64,000 bases of DNA from Podarcis erhardii. Taxonomy: Eukaryota. A program made the position numbers and the translations under genes. The stretch lies in the NCBI GenBank assembly GCA_964252035.1, contig OZ176203.1; one strand, written 5' to 3'. Shown in pieces: positions 37,129 to 50,430 of this stretch (its first letter is position 1; every line of letters begins with the position of its first letter). The notes beneath the pieces are model-generated. The model worked only from the letters and a program-made list of their open reading frames with translations. It was not told the DNA's origin and made no database searches.

Positions 37129-39599
37129 CATTTTAGTGTATTTTTTATCTCTGTTGGAAGCCGCCCAGAGTGGCTGGGGAAACCCAGCCAGATGGGCGGG
37201 GTACAAATAATAAATTATTATTATTATTATTATTATTCACAATCACAGCAATGCTTCTAATATCTCCTAACGAAGGCCTGAGATTCTGGTGTACATATCT
37301 TATATATATTGAGTTTCTCTGTAGCCAGTTCAAAGGCTATGAAGCCTACCCAGCAATTGATACAGTAATAGACTGGCCTCTTTCTTTCTCACCTGGGCTT
37401 GGATCGTCACTGCAAGAGATGGCATGATGGTAACTTGAATTCTGTTTTTAGGAGTCATTTATATGAGTCATTTGCTAGGGAAGATAAACTTGATTGCATT
37501 TATGTTTCACTCAAACCACTACACTAGGTTCAAATTGTCATATGTACTAATGCTAGGCAGACTTCATTTAATTAATTGTATTTCTTTTTATGCTATCTTT
37601 TCTCCAAGAAGCTAAGGGTGATCTTACCCTCATAGCAGTCTTTCAGTGTAGGTTAAGTTGAGAGTTAATGATTTGCCCAGTCTCCCACTGAGATTTATGG
37701 CGAAGTCCCAATTTCTAAAGCAAAAGGAATGAAAGGGTAAGTGGTTCTGAACCATCTCCCTGCAGCCTCTCCTCTCAACTCTAGTCCCTAACCCAGGCTC
37801 TGAACTGCCTGCAGGGTGGGGGATAAACTCTGGTGTGAGGGGAACTGCAGGAAGTGCCCCTCAGCTTCAGTGCTCCTCTCTCACCTTGCACTTTTGTTAT
37901 TAAAGCAAGCCCTATCACCTAGTTTATATATTGCATTCAAAAATCTGGGTCAATCACCATACATCTAGTATCTGAGTAGGGATTTGAATCTGGGTCTCCC
38001 TAGACTAAACCTAACTCTGCATATGTTACACTAAACCAGTGACCTACCCGTTATTAAATGACTGAACCATTGTAGTTTGCAGTTTCCAATGGAAAGAACA
38101 TTGGCTTTTTAACTGTGTTTGTGGGGACTGAGGAGGTCTTCAGTGAAAAGATCATTAATTGTATACAGTACAAGTTTCCAAGCAAGACAATTTACCCAAG
38201 AATATCATTCTTTTTTGTGATGCACAGTGGTGAATGCTTTCTGGTCTATTCATGGGGAGCCATGATGAGGTACCGCAGGACTCACCAGAGTTCCGTATTA
38301 ACCAAGTGTACTCTTTAGAACACCATTTTGAATCCTTTGCAACATGCAGTAGTTTGGAAACTTGTGAAATAGATGAGGCTGCATGAATACTGTCCACACT
38401 CATTAAGGAGAAGCAAGCCCCATTAAACACAATAGGCCTTAATTCTGAGTAAACATCCATATATTTTTTTTTATTTAAAAGCAATATACTTTCAGTAACA
38501 TAAGTATTTTAACCCTTCTGTGTTCCCTTATAAAGGGACGCAAAAAGAAAATCCAGTCTGCAAGTGACTGCAGATTTCCAAATTGGCCTTTTGGGAGAGC
38601 CACAGTGATTCTAATTCCAAAATGGAATCAAGGTTAATGGAGAAAGTGTTGAATGCAACTTTAAAATCAAAGCTATGTTTAAAGATATCATCAAAGGCTT
38701 ATAAAACATGGCTGCCTTTTTATAAACTCCAAGCCCTGCAGATATGGTGCCCCTAACAGAGCAGGGAGAGAAAAGATCAAAGCAGAAACTATCATTTAAG
38801 TCTGTTTAGGCGAGAAATTATATCTAGAATCAGTCTGTGAAGACATATGTTGATATTGAGACTTTCACAGCACTAACATTATTTACTAAAATGTGTAGGC
38901 TCTGATATGGTACAAACAATTCTATCTCACTAGGGGAAAAGGAAGAGGGCATTCACTTCGGAAAATGAAAATGAAGGGCAGCGTTGACTGGCTACTAGCA
39001 GAATGAGATTAACACATCCACATAGAAGTATTGTTCTTGTTACTGAAATAACAGTCACTGGTTTCTGTGAATGTGTGCTCTAAAACAGGATTTTTAGAAT
39101 TCTTTGCTCTAATATCACCAACTGACACAGTGGATATTCTTTACTTGAGTTTGCTAGAATGTTCCTTCAAAATACACCAAGATCTTGTCCTGTCTTCTCA
39201 CAGTGGTGTATTGTTGTTGTTTTTTAATGGAAAGCAAAAGTTAGAATTCATTGCTGTCATTCATAAGACTTTTTAGGGATCCCTGAAGTAGTGGGTTGTG
39301 GGGGGGGCAGGTTGGGGCACAACTTTATTGAATAACAGAGCTATAAACATAAACATCCAGCTGCTGGCTCAGGGACTTATTCCATGAGTATTAATATATG
39401 ATAAGGTCTCTCACACAAGTTTAGCCCTCAGTGACTGCAATGTTAAGTGATGATACCCATCACAGTTCAAAAGGTGCAACAGGCAGACCTTTCAACTTAA
39501 AAAACAAGAGTTTGCATTATGATGGTTCTGCTCCTACTAGGAAGACTGCCTTCAGAAGGTGGTTGTTATTCAGCATTATTCAGCTTTGTGGGTTCTCCA

Positions 39600-40035
39600 G
39601 AATGGGGTTCTACATGGGTTGGTTATGTCCCCCATGCTGTTTAATATCTGCAGAAGTCACTGAGTGGGGTCATAGTGTTTTGGAATGTGTTGTCATCAGT
39701 ATACTGACAACACACAGCTCTAGTTGTCCTTTTCATTTTCTGCAGGTGAGGGAGTGAATCAGTGCTTGGTTGTGATAATGGACTGGATGAGGGCTGATAA
39801 ACAGAAGCTTATTCCAGACAGGACTGAGATGCTGTTGGTGGGTGGTTCTTCTGACCAGCTGAGTGGTGTAATCACACCCCTTCTGAAGGAGAGGGTTCAT
39901 GGTTTGGGTGTTTTCTTTCATCCTTTGCTGTTGAGGTACAAGTGGCTTCAGCGGTGTGATGTGCCTTTCATCAGTTTAACTACAAGATAACTCAACTACA
40001 GTAATCTGTGCTCTGGTAACCTCAAGGCTGAAAAT
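39600..40035 (+). mobile_element. old L2 RT fragment
   Basis: MDWMRADKQKLIPDRTEMLLVG resembles [17 protein letters not shown]; upstream TCCCCCATGCTGTTTAATATCT. Confidence 0.7.
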
Positions 40036-41754
40036 GAATGTTGCATAAAAGTCCAGAACACCACATTCGCTGTGCGTTACAAAGTAAGTTTCTCTAGAGC
40101 ATCAGTCTTGTGCAGTGTCATGTTTACTGTACAAACAAATCAGCTACACTTAGTACTTTGGCCAGCCAGCAGTCAATATGGCTTGGCTTGATAAACTAGC
40201 ACACAAAAGTAGATGTTGTCCCATGTTACCAAGCCGAGCCACCAATTACACACTATGCTGTAACAGGCATAAACTGGTAGCAAAGGAACAAATGCTGCCA
40301 GAATCTTCACATCCTTGACAGATTGTTCAAATGTTACATAGAAATGAGGAATGTAACAGCACAAGTAAGAAATGTGAGGTTTTAGTGAGTGCCATCCAGA
40401 GTACCGGAAGATTGCTATGCTAAAACAAGTTGTGTATCATTTATTTTACTGTCATTTATAAGCAGGGATGAGAATTAAATTTCTAGAGCCATTTTTTTTT
40501 TAAAAAAGCTTTCTCTATGTGTCTGTATCCCCCAAAAGAACTGTAGCTGGAGTCAGTCTGAGCCTCAACCTCCCAGGCCAGGTGGGAAAAGGCCTGCAAG
40601 GCAGGGAGCAGGTATTCCAGGACTCACAGCTGAGATGATGATATTTCTCCAGCCCTCTAATAAAACACAAATACACAACCCTGTGTGTTGGGTCTGCAGC
40701 AGAGCAAATACTAGTCGGAAGCTAAGTAAGGCTGAGAACTGGCATCAATTAGAACCAATATTATTTAGCATAAAAAGTATATATTTTTTACATTTAAGAG
40801 TGTAGCTCTTAAGGCTTTACTGAAATATATACTGTAGATGCAATGGAACAATCTCTGAATATGTCTTCTGAATGGATGGCTCTAGAACAAGACAATTTTT
40901 ATTTGGCATTTTCTCACTTGGTCACTTTCCTGTAGTCTATATAGGGCACATCAGTATTGCAAATTTTATTTATTCTTTCCAGAATGTACTTTAAATTCAT
41001 TAGCTATCTTTATAATAGTTATAGATGAAGCAGCACTTTCATTCTGAGTCCTCTGTCTACAGTGGTTTGTAACCTCTGAAACAATGACCTTTTTGGCTGA
41101 AAATTCTCATTTGTGTTTTAAGCTCAAAGTGAGTATTGTTTTGGAAAGTCTGAAAAAAGAAATCCATTAATCCATTTATGAGGACTAGACATTACAATAA
41201 GTTGTACGTGCAGTTATATTTGATGACCTACATAGTCCAATAAAAGCACATTATTATTTTTCCCTGGTTTTAAAAGAAATATCAAGGACATTTTTCTATT
41301 TACATTTTCAAATTTCCTCAGCCTTCACTTCTTGCTTTTGCTAAAAAAAAACAACTGAGGGAGTGTACTGATGCAGAACCTGGTTGCTTTCAGTATGACT
41401 TAAAAAAATTTCTGATGTAGTAACACTTAAGAAATACCTCACAAGCGGCAATATGATGTAACTATTAAAAGAATACTCTTGTCTAAAATGGTGGCTGTGT
41501 GTTAAAATCCAATGATAATTGTGAAATGTTGAAGATGCAATCTTCAATACTAAGTTTTTCAACATGTTGCATATCATTGAGAAATAGGTTCCATTTGACA
41601 AATCTCAGCCAATTGCTCCTATTGTAGAGCCCCATGTGTTCCGATTCATACATGGAAGTCCTGAATGAGTGACCTAATGAATGCATGCATTTATCTGTAA
41701 GCCGCCTTGAGTCCTTGTCAGGTGCATGTGCCAGGATTTTCTTGATGATTTACA

Positions 41755-42045
41755 TTGCAATTCTGTACATGCCTACTCAGAAGCAGGAGTGACTGGCATG
41801 GTGAAGCGGTGCTATGCTACCACCCTCCCAACTTCAGTGTCACTGTCGCTTACAAGACCAGGGAGGGGCAGGCTGACATTGAGGTCGAGTCTGTGTGGCG
41901 AGTCAGCACCCACCATGGCTCACACTCCAGTAAGCAGCAGGAACACCACTGTCAGAAGGGTGGCATTCCCTTCACCCCTGCTCAGAGGTGAATCCCATTG
42001 AGTTCAATATGACTTACTCTTAGGTACATAAGTATAGGACTGCAC
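41755..42045. mobile_element. short palindromic MITE (GCAATCCTATA...TATAGGATTGC type) interrupted by a hAT MITE
   Basis: The two halves rejoin into the family also seen, inverted, at about 26455-26535. Confidence 0.6.
41784..41980. mobile_element. hAT-type MITE, 197 bp
   Basis: Ends CAGGAGTGA / TCACCCCTG; TSD CTCAGAAG (41776-41783) and CTCAGAGG (41981-41988), 7/8 match. Confidence 0.7.
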
Positions 42046-42074
42046 TTTAAAAGTGACTGAAAGGAAGACCCAAC

Positions 42075-42210
42075 TTTAGTTACTGGCATCTTCAGGTCGG
42101 GCTGGAAAAGACTCCCATATAAAACTGACAGAGCCACTGTCATTCAGTGTAGACAATATTAAGCTAGATGGGCCAATGGCTTATTCACTATACGGTAGCT
42201 TCCTTTGTCT
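42075..42210 (+). mobile_element. decayed squamate SINE 3' portion
   Basis: CAGTGTAGACAATATTAAGCTAGATGGGCCAATGG..GGTAGCTTCCT is a common lizard SINE tail as I recall it. Confidence 0.5.
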
Positions 42211-43294
42211 CAGGAAGTATTGGAGCAGATTGTTATGATTTAAACATTTTTAATATGTGAATAAAATATATGCTCTGTTCTGTATTTCTGTTTACATAAG
42301 CATGATAAATTTCTCTTCCATCCACAACCCACACACTTGATTGGTTCTTTTGTTTGCAGTAAACACACTGAATTCAGTATAGATTCTTTTCATCAGTGCG
42401 AACGAAGCCAGTGTGGAATCTATTGTGTAAACTTTGACCCCAAATTTCTATGACTTCTGCACAACTGGAGGGGGAGAGATAACATTGCATTGACCTAGCT
42501 TTTTACGTTTAATTATACATATTGGGTTAAAAGCTCTAAAAGTTGTTAATGTTTTAAGTCTTAGCTACTTTTGCAATTGAAAGATCTCTCCACCCCCCAA
42601 TGATTATTTTCTGTTGTAATCAAAAGGACATTAACATGGACAGGAAATTAATCTAGCACTCTAGAGATTAATATTAATCTGGTAATGTACTGTCCTCATG
42701 ATTTCAGGAATCTGTTCTCTTATGGTGCATTATGGCAGTGTATTTATAAACTATCTAGGTAAAGGTTCCTTATATTTAAAATATGTTCTTATACCTCATT
42801 TCATTTCATTTTAGCTTTCTAGAAGAAAGAAAGGTGTTCGCTTTCTTTCAAATGATGTTGCATGTACAGTTAATTCTGTGTTCAGTTTAACATATTGGAA
42901 AGGGTTACAATTTGTGGGAAAAAACTTTATGTTATATTTTTCTATAACATGCCTCTTTCTGCTGCTCTGAATTCTAGTTCTTCCAAATCTATGTGTAAAC
43001 TAGGTTTCATGAAGTTGTGTGGCTGCAGCTTACAGTATACTGTATAGCAGTTGTGGCCAGTAGTGTTTCTCTGCATGTATACTTTGGTATGGAATCTTGC
43101 TATTTTGGTCTTGGAGGATAGGGCATACAGCAAAAATGAAGGCTTGCCGTGTCCTTTGTGGGTGGTGCCATTTGTTGCCTGGTGCAGCGTGCAGCAGGCA
43201 GCAGGCCGGGAACCTGGAAACAGAGGAGGAGGGTCGCTACATGTGGCCAGAAGGTAAAGCGAGCTCCCCGCTTCCAACCGCACGTTTCCTGGAA

Positions 43295-43400
43295 CAAAAT
43301 TGGCTGCTAATCCAGCCAATCAGGAGAGCGCCAGGAGGTTGGTCAGGGGCGGAGGCCTGGTGGCAGCCAAGACCACCTTCCCGCTTTAAAGTGGAACAGC
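43295..43400 (+). promoter_or_regulatory. Pol II promoter-like module, probably repeat-derived
   Basis: ATTGG at 43299, CCAAT at 43316, GC box GGGGCGGAGG at 43346-43355, TTTAAA at 43385-43390, in canonical order and with local CpG retention. Confidence 0.35.
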
Positions 43401-44414
43401 ACTCTGCTTCTTGCCTGTGTGGAGCAGATCAATGTTGGATCACCACCCGCACACACACATTGTTATCTTTCAGCCCACAGGTGATAGGGCTCAACAGTGT
43501 GAGGACATTGCTATGGAATTCTTGGCCATCATATTTTGGGGCCAGGGAAGATTTTTTCCTGCAGTCTAATTGGCCTGTTTGCAGGATTTCACCTGCCTCT
43601 TAGCAGACATCACAACTTTGGGAGATAAAGCATTGGGTGGTATTCTTTAACATCAGGTTAGCCCGTTAAAAAGGTCCAGGAAGGAGAATTGCTGTCCAGG
43701 AGCCCACATGGGGGCCAATGAGCCATAGCATACCTTCCAAGAGGCGGTGCTGGCAGGAATGACACACTTGAGCCATGTCAAGGGGCGGTCTTCATGGCAG
43801 GGCCAACCCATCCCAGGCAGGCTGCACACCTTATGTGCCTGGGGCAAGCAATATGTGATGCCATCTTACTGTGGGTGTGATGTCAAGTCAAAATTTCATG
43901 GGGTTCTGTAGCTGCACCTTATGGGGGGGTGGGGACACCAAGGCAGGACTTATGGAATATTGTAGCATTTAGTTTGGGCTTTTTGAAATTCCTTGCTGTT
44001 TTTATATTCAGCAGTTTTACATGCAGTAGTCATGAGTACTTTGGGGTTATACAGTTCTAAAACAACATCACAGACACCTTGAATTTAGACATTATGTTTT
44101 GGTTTACAAAGACTCAGGTGTTGGCTTGAATGAAAAAGCAGGGTCTGCATTTTTTAAAAAGTATAGTGTTTTGGTATCCGGACTGCTGTGTAATGAAGCG
44201 ACCAACAGGAAAGGAAAGTGTAAAATTCAAACTCAGGAACATGCATGGAAGCTACTGATTATCTTTTATGTCTGAATGGGAAATATGCTATTGGTGCTCA
44301 AAGAGATTAGTGTGAGTATAGTGTTTAAGAATAAAATGAGGCGGGGTTGGAGAGCTTCTGTAAAAATGCTTCTTTAAAAAAAATCCAGAGAGGCAATTTT
44401 CATCATGCCTTCAT

Positions 44415-44500
44415 TGTCCCCAGAAGCATCTGCTTGGCCACTGTTGGAAAACGGATGCTGGACTGGGTAGACTGGTCCGATCCAGCAAATCAGTTCTTAC
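44415..44500 (+). mobile_element. old CR1-type 3' end fragment
   Basis: GCATCTGCTTGGCCACTGTTGGAAAACGGATGCTGGACT...GATCCAGCA. Confidence 0.5.
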
Positions 44501-47500
44501 GCTGTTGAAATATAACAGCCAGATATTTGCCATAATTTAATGTAACTTTCAACAAAAATATGGAAATCAGCTAGCACAGAATCCAGCTATGTTTGCTGTG
44601 TCCTCCATCTTTAGACTGTGCTAAATGTAGACCTTTTGACTTCAACATCAAGTGGGCTTTTTCTCTTTTTCTTCCCATCTCCTTTTGCTTGGCATTCAGT
44701 CTCATAAAGAGTTCAAAAGCTTGCCCAATATTCTGAGACATTTGGGTTGGTTCTAATAAAAGTGTTACCAAATGTTGAGCTTGCAAGAGGTAGCACTGCA
44801 GGAATCTGTTCTTTCGCTCTTTAACAAAGCGCTTCAGAATGATATGTGTGAACTAGGCTACTGCTTTGCTCTGCAATCCACAACTAGAAACAACATAATT
44901 GTTCATGAGTGAGCACCCATCCTGCCATGAAAAGCAGTTCACTGGAAACGTATGAGCAGACCAGCTGGCTGGGACATCTCCAACCTCCTGTTTGAAATGG
45001 AGCTTTTCCTAGTTGCGAGCCTGCTGCAGCTCTTCACAAAGTAAAGATTGTCTGGCAAGGAGTGACAGCATTTAAAATAAGAGCCTTTTGCTCTCCCTGC
45101 AGACAGGTCTGTGAATAAGAAAGCATCCCAACTTGGGGTGATTATTACTCATGAGTAATCCCAAAGAGAAAAGGCTTAACGTGAAGCCTTACCCAGATAT
45201 GATTGATGGGAAGGATTGCAGGATACAGTTTCAAATGTCAGGCTGAAACCCTTTACATTTGTAAATCAATTAATGAGGCTTGGCTTGTATTGATAATAAT
45301 GACTTGTAATACATTTTCCCTTTGTATTTGTTCTCATGGCCTTACCTAACACTGAAGGTGAAACAACATATCAGTAGCTCTCTGAGGCATTTTTATTCTC
45401 TTACTTGACTTGAGATACATCACGGTCATTCACTTCCTTCTGTTTCTCGCTGTTGCTCCCCACCTCAACTAGATTGACCGAGCATAAATATTTTCCACTT
45501 CGCTTTACTTACTTATTTACTATTTTAAAAAGCATAATAGAGCACCGTCTCTGAGCAGGAAGCCTGAAAAAAATATTAAGAGGTACATGTGTTTTAATGA
45601 CCTTGTATGGAGAGTCTAGATGTGGAAACAAAAAAGGGGATTATGGTCTGAATGATTGGGCAGACTGTGCATCAGGAGTGTGAAGGAAACAGAGCATTGT
45701 TTGGGCATCAGTTTCTTGAGCCAAGCCTTTGTTGCAGGTTTCATAATAAGGTAGCTTCTCATAATTAAATCTGGAGAAAGTAACAAATGTGAATAGAATG
45801 TGTTTAAGAGATAGCTTTATTGGAGCCTCCCCCCACCTCCATTTTAGACATTTGTAGCCTTCAGTAAGGTTGTAGATAGATACTGAAGAAAACAGCCCAA
45901 CCCTTTTCTTATCGTGTACTGGAGATGACAGGCTGCAGAAACCCAATGGCATTTTATAAAGCATCGCAACAAGAACTGGGACTTGCCAGGTTCCATTTAT
46001 CTAGCCAAGAATATAATTCTGTGATCTATCCCAAGGAGATTTTCAACAGAGTCTTACACTTACTGTCTGAATTAATGATACTGCTTTTTTTCCTTAGCCG
46101 TGACAAAAGCCACTCTGCACTTTTATACATTATGTTAAAGTTTTTTTGTTGTGAACATACTCTATAAAAGCCCTTTCTGCTTCATCATTTTGACAAGCCA
46201 ATTCCACTAAATCTTCCATGATCATCATGTTCTCTTTTTAACTTTTTCAATTCCAGAAAACAGCAAACATTTCTGAGTTACAAAGCACCAAACAGCTACA
46301 GACTCACTTGCTATAAGGTAAGTCATCTGTGTAGAAGTCTGTAACAAAAAAATGTAAAACCAAGTGCATTTCCAGTTATCAGCTGTACACTTAGCTTTGA
46401 CAATTATGAAGAATCCATGTCTGTTCAATGGGACTTGTCTCCTTGGCCTGGTAGGCACACTTTGAAAATAACATATTATGAAACTGTTAACCTTAATAAC
46501 TTTGGATCCCTCAAATTGTTTCCTCTGTTGAATTTACCTCTCCGAAGAGTTGTAGACTAAAAATGCCTGTGTCATAAATTACTTTTCAGGTGTTTGGTTT
46601 TCTTACTGTTTTCTTGGCCCTTTTACTTATAAATTACAAGGCCGAAAGCGGCATCTCACAAAATACATTTTTTAGGATGATCAGCCTTAACTCTTGCTAT
46701 AGCAAAAAGAACTTTTTCTGAGTTGATAGCAACATTAATAAGATTCCAGCCTTGCTTGAATGTTTCCAAGTGAAATGTCAGCTGACAGATAACCTTTGTA
46801 TTTTCCGCTAACATGTTTTTCCATAATGCAGTTAAGTCCCCTTGTTTTAGCAAGCAAGGATGTCACGTATGACCACCGCAGTGTTTGATTTTTATGTAGT
46901 AACCAATCAGTTATCAGATGCCAATTTAGGGGAGCTCGATTGGTTTGCCTGCACTGGGTGCCGAGCCAACAGGGGGCCACAGGGGGTACAGCAACAATGA
47001 CAAACAACAGAAGTCGAGAGGTGGCAAGGTGCCAAATTTTGGCATTGCACAGGGCACTGCTGAAAATTTTAAACCCCAAAGTCTGCCACTGCAGACATGA
47101 TAGACAAGGCAGTGGATGCATGAGACTTATGGGCTCTCAGCATAGTGGAACCACTGGTGCCATCACTGGTCCAGTCTGTCCCCCGCACCAGGTCCTCCTG
47201 CTGTCAGCCTTACTGCTCTTGCTGCCATCAGAGCCCTTACATAGCACAGCTGATTGCTGCCACTACCACACTAATCACTTGCTTTATCCCACATCCTATC
47301 AGACAAGCTTTACCTGGCAGGTGTGAGCAACAGTGCTTAAGGGATCTGAGGCAGTTTTTAAGTAGCCAAAATGGCTGAAGATCAACAGGCTTGGAAGAAA
47401 CACATGATTTTTAAAAAAAACACCTGGAGGACAGTGGCAAATGGGTGAGCATCATGGAGGACAGAGCATGCTCAGTGGCTTTGGAATGCTGGGTGACTGT

Positions 47501-50026
47501 TTTCATGGCTGAGATAGAAAACCAGGAAGGAGGGGAAATGCAAGAGGGCATAACTGGCAGTAGGCAACACAGCAACATTTTCTTATGGACCTTACTTGTG
47601 ATTTGAATACTGGTTGCTGGGTAGCAAAAATGGGACAAGAATGTTGCCCTCGTGCCTTGCTTGTGGACTTTTCAAGATGCATCTGTTTGACCATGATGAG
47701 AAGGAGTGTGATAGCTGGATTACAGTATTTGATCTGATCAACAAGCTCTCTTTCTGTGTATAGAAAGTTGACCTAGAGAAGAGGTGTGCCCTTCAAATGA
47801 TGTGTTTTAGAGATACGTTTTCCCAGTTCTGCATCTCTACTCAGATGTGTGTCTAGGCAGTAACTTTTCCCCCATGACTTTCTTAATATTACAGTGTTTT
47901 ATATTGCTGCCATACCGCATTCACAAGTGCTTCCACTTGTGAATAGACTTTTGTGATATCTGGGTCGGTTGCTTACCAGGCAGCATGGAATTCAAAGCAG
48001 TTACTTTCTAATGCAGAAAGCATAAGAAGAGATAGACAACTGGTTGCTGATGATACCAAAAAATGAGCATCACATATAGTAGGAATAATTTTAAATTACA
48101 GAATAGCAAATCACATTTGTGAGTAAGTGTTAAGGAAAAAATGAGGAAAGAGGTACACTAGACAATTATGCAGTTGCAAACACAGGCATGTGCCATAGCC
48201 ATGCTAATATTTTGGAGTACTGATCTATGCACATTTAGACATTTCCATACCCTGAATAAGTTTCCTTGGGGGGCAGAGAGGAAAGGGAAGGTTTTGTCCA
48301 TATATACCAGAGATGAGAAGTCATTTGCAACACAAGGAGCACATTTCCCCATAGACAATTTTCTAGGTGTAAAGGAACAGACTTGACAAGACAACAATCT
48401 GGGATAAAAATTAGCCACAACTTCAGGCTTCGAATGTAATTCCATTCCAGCCTTCCGCTAGAGGGCTGAAATTTTGAACAGCGCCATGCCAAGGATTCTG
48501 GCCACCCCCAAGGTGCTAATCTATGTAGGTGGCCATCCCTGGGCCACTGCTGGAAGCTCTGTGGCCAGCTGCAGGGATGTAACTCCTGGCTGCCCTGGGA
48601 ATTGAGGGCAGTCTGCAAGGGCCTGCAACCACTGCCCACCCAGAGCAGGGAAAGTGGTTGTTATCACGTTCCAGCCCAGCAAAAACGCTTGGGTTTGAAG
48701 CAAGGGGAAGGGTGTGGCTTGGGGCAAGTTCCAAGGGATATATAGAGAGGCTTAGAGTTGTGGCTCCAGGCAGGCTTGTGGGTTGCCTTCTGAGTGAGGA
48801 CTGCTCTGTGATTAAGCCAGGTCTGTGCTTTCTTAACAGGGAACCATATGTTGTACCATATGTTGAATCTCTTCAAATGTAAATGGCAAATGATATAAGA
48901 CAACCTGCAAAGTAATACTTTGGAATTTTCTACCCATAAAAATGAAATACCTGCTTCTGTGAAAAAGGGCTCCAAATGTACAGTGCTGCTGTTTAGTTAG
49001 GCAGAAATATCTGCAGAAATAATTGAGGAGGTTTTATACATCTCTCCCCCAATGTGGGCATTTTCATCATTTGAAATACAGGATTTCTATTGAATTCACG
49101 AGCTTTGCAACAAATACCTTTGTTACCATATAGCTTACTTATAAAAATAAAAAAGGAGCCTGAATGGGGTGAAAAGTGAGTGAAGGCCATCTATACAGCA
49201 TTTACTTTTCAGAAATAAAACAGCTTATTGATTTGGAGAAACAAAGATCTAGTTAGTTCACTGCTTCAGCTTCTGCTCAGTTTATTTCCCTTGTTTAAAA
49301 CAGCAGAAGCACTGACTGCACACTCAGGCCATTACTTTCACTGGGTTGTTAAGGTTTTCTTAATGCTGACTTTCTCTTCTGTAGCACCACAGAAAATATC
49401 CTCCTAGCTTCTAATCACTGTAATAACTAACCTCGAGGAGTCATTAGTGTGGGTTCAAACAATATCCTATAATAAGTGTGCTCTGAGGAAATTGACATAG
49501 TTTATCTCCTCGATTCATATTCTTGTGAAAATAATGGGTTGTGAAATAACATTGGTGTTTTTCTTATACCATACAAAATCTTGACAAGCTATGTTGATAT
49601 TTTCCTCTCAGATATTGGGTAGAAACACTTTGTTAGACAATATTCCATCTACAAAATTCATACGTTCTAAGTTGGAGATGGGTTGTTGTGTTGAGAAACT
49701 AACGCAGGCATGCCAAAGCCCTCTCCAATGCCAGTGAGTGCCTAGATTCTTCACGGAAGCTACATAAACGGTTCTATGATTAAATTCAATTTTCTTTCCT
49801 TCACCAATGAATAATGTGGCAGAATTCTACCAGTGGTAACCAAGTATCTTTTCTTTGGTTATTGTGTAAGCTTCCAGAGGAGTCACTGAGTGGAGTCATC
49901 ATTCTGCAGCAGGAAAGTTATTGCTTCCGGTATACAACCAATAGTAAACAAAGGCACTAGTTGTAGACATGCTTCTGTAAAAGTGATCATTCCGATTGTA
50001 ATGCAATACCTGTGACAGGTAAACAG

Positions 50027-50190
50027 ATCTTCTTTGGCGATCACTTGTAGCCGAGTAAGATTGTCTTCCATGAACACAGTTTTAACAGTGAGTCCGTAAG
50101 TGACTGTGAAGGCCAACTCTGGATCCACACGTCCTTCCATGGTGGGGACATAGGTATCTGGGCAAGAGTTGATCACTGTGAGGGGTACAG
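50027..50190 (-). mobile_element. 5'-truncated RTE LINE 3' end (164 bp)
   Basis: Minus strand 50159-50082 encodes RYLCPHHGRTCGSRVGLHSHLRTHC*, a decayed RTE C-terminal Cys/His motif; TSD GTGACA(G/A)GTAAACAG at 50012-50026 and 50191-50205. Confidence 0.85.
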
Positions 50191-50345
50191 GTGACAAGTA
50201 AACAGGTATGGTCAGTCAGTCAGAGATGCTTCTGAGCAACATGTATGTATGGTGATTTTCTTTACGAGCATCTTTTATACATTATACACACCACACATTT
50301 AAAGCACTCTTCAGATGCTTTAACAGGTATGACTTTCCCCAAAGA

Positions 50346-50430
50346 ATCCTGGGAACTGTAGTTTGTTAAGGGTGCTAACCTCACAGATCTTTGATTTCCA
50401 TCACCCTTAACAAACCACAGTTCCCAGGAT
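50346..50430. mobile_element. palindromic MITE core
   Basis: 29-bp arms at 50346-50374 and 50402-50430 with 1 mismatch. Confidence 0.8.

Larger units (their letters stand above)
33475..37237 (+). mobile_element. near full-length L2-clade LINE
   Basis: ORF2 with EN and RT domains, 3' UTR and (ATT)n tail ending at 37237; the 5' boundary is uncertain. Confidence 0.93.

Noticed and set aside
32097-37237. Twin-priming 5' inversion of a single L2 insertion
   Set aside because: The inverted segment duplicates the same 3' region, has its own 3' end and is more decayed, so these are two independent insertions.
49883-50197. 104-aa minus-strand ORF as an exon
   Set aside because: An off-frame reading of a TSD-flanked RTE 3' fragment; the true frame is the Cys/His C-terminus.
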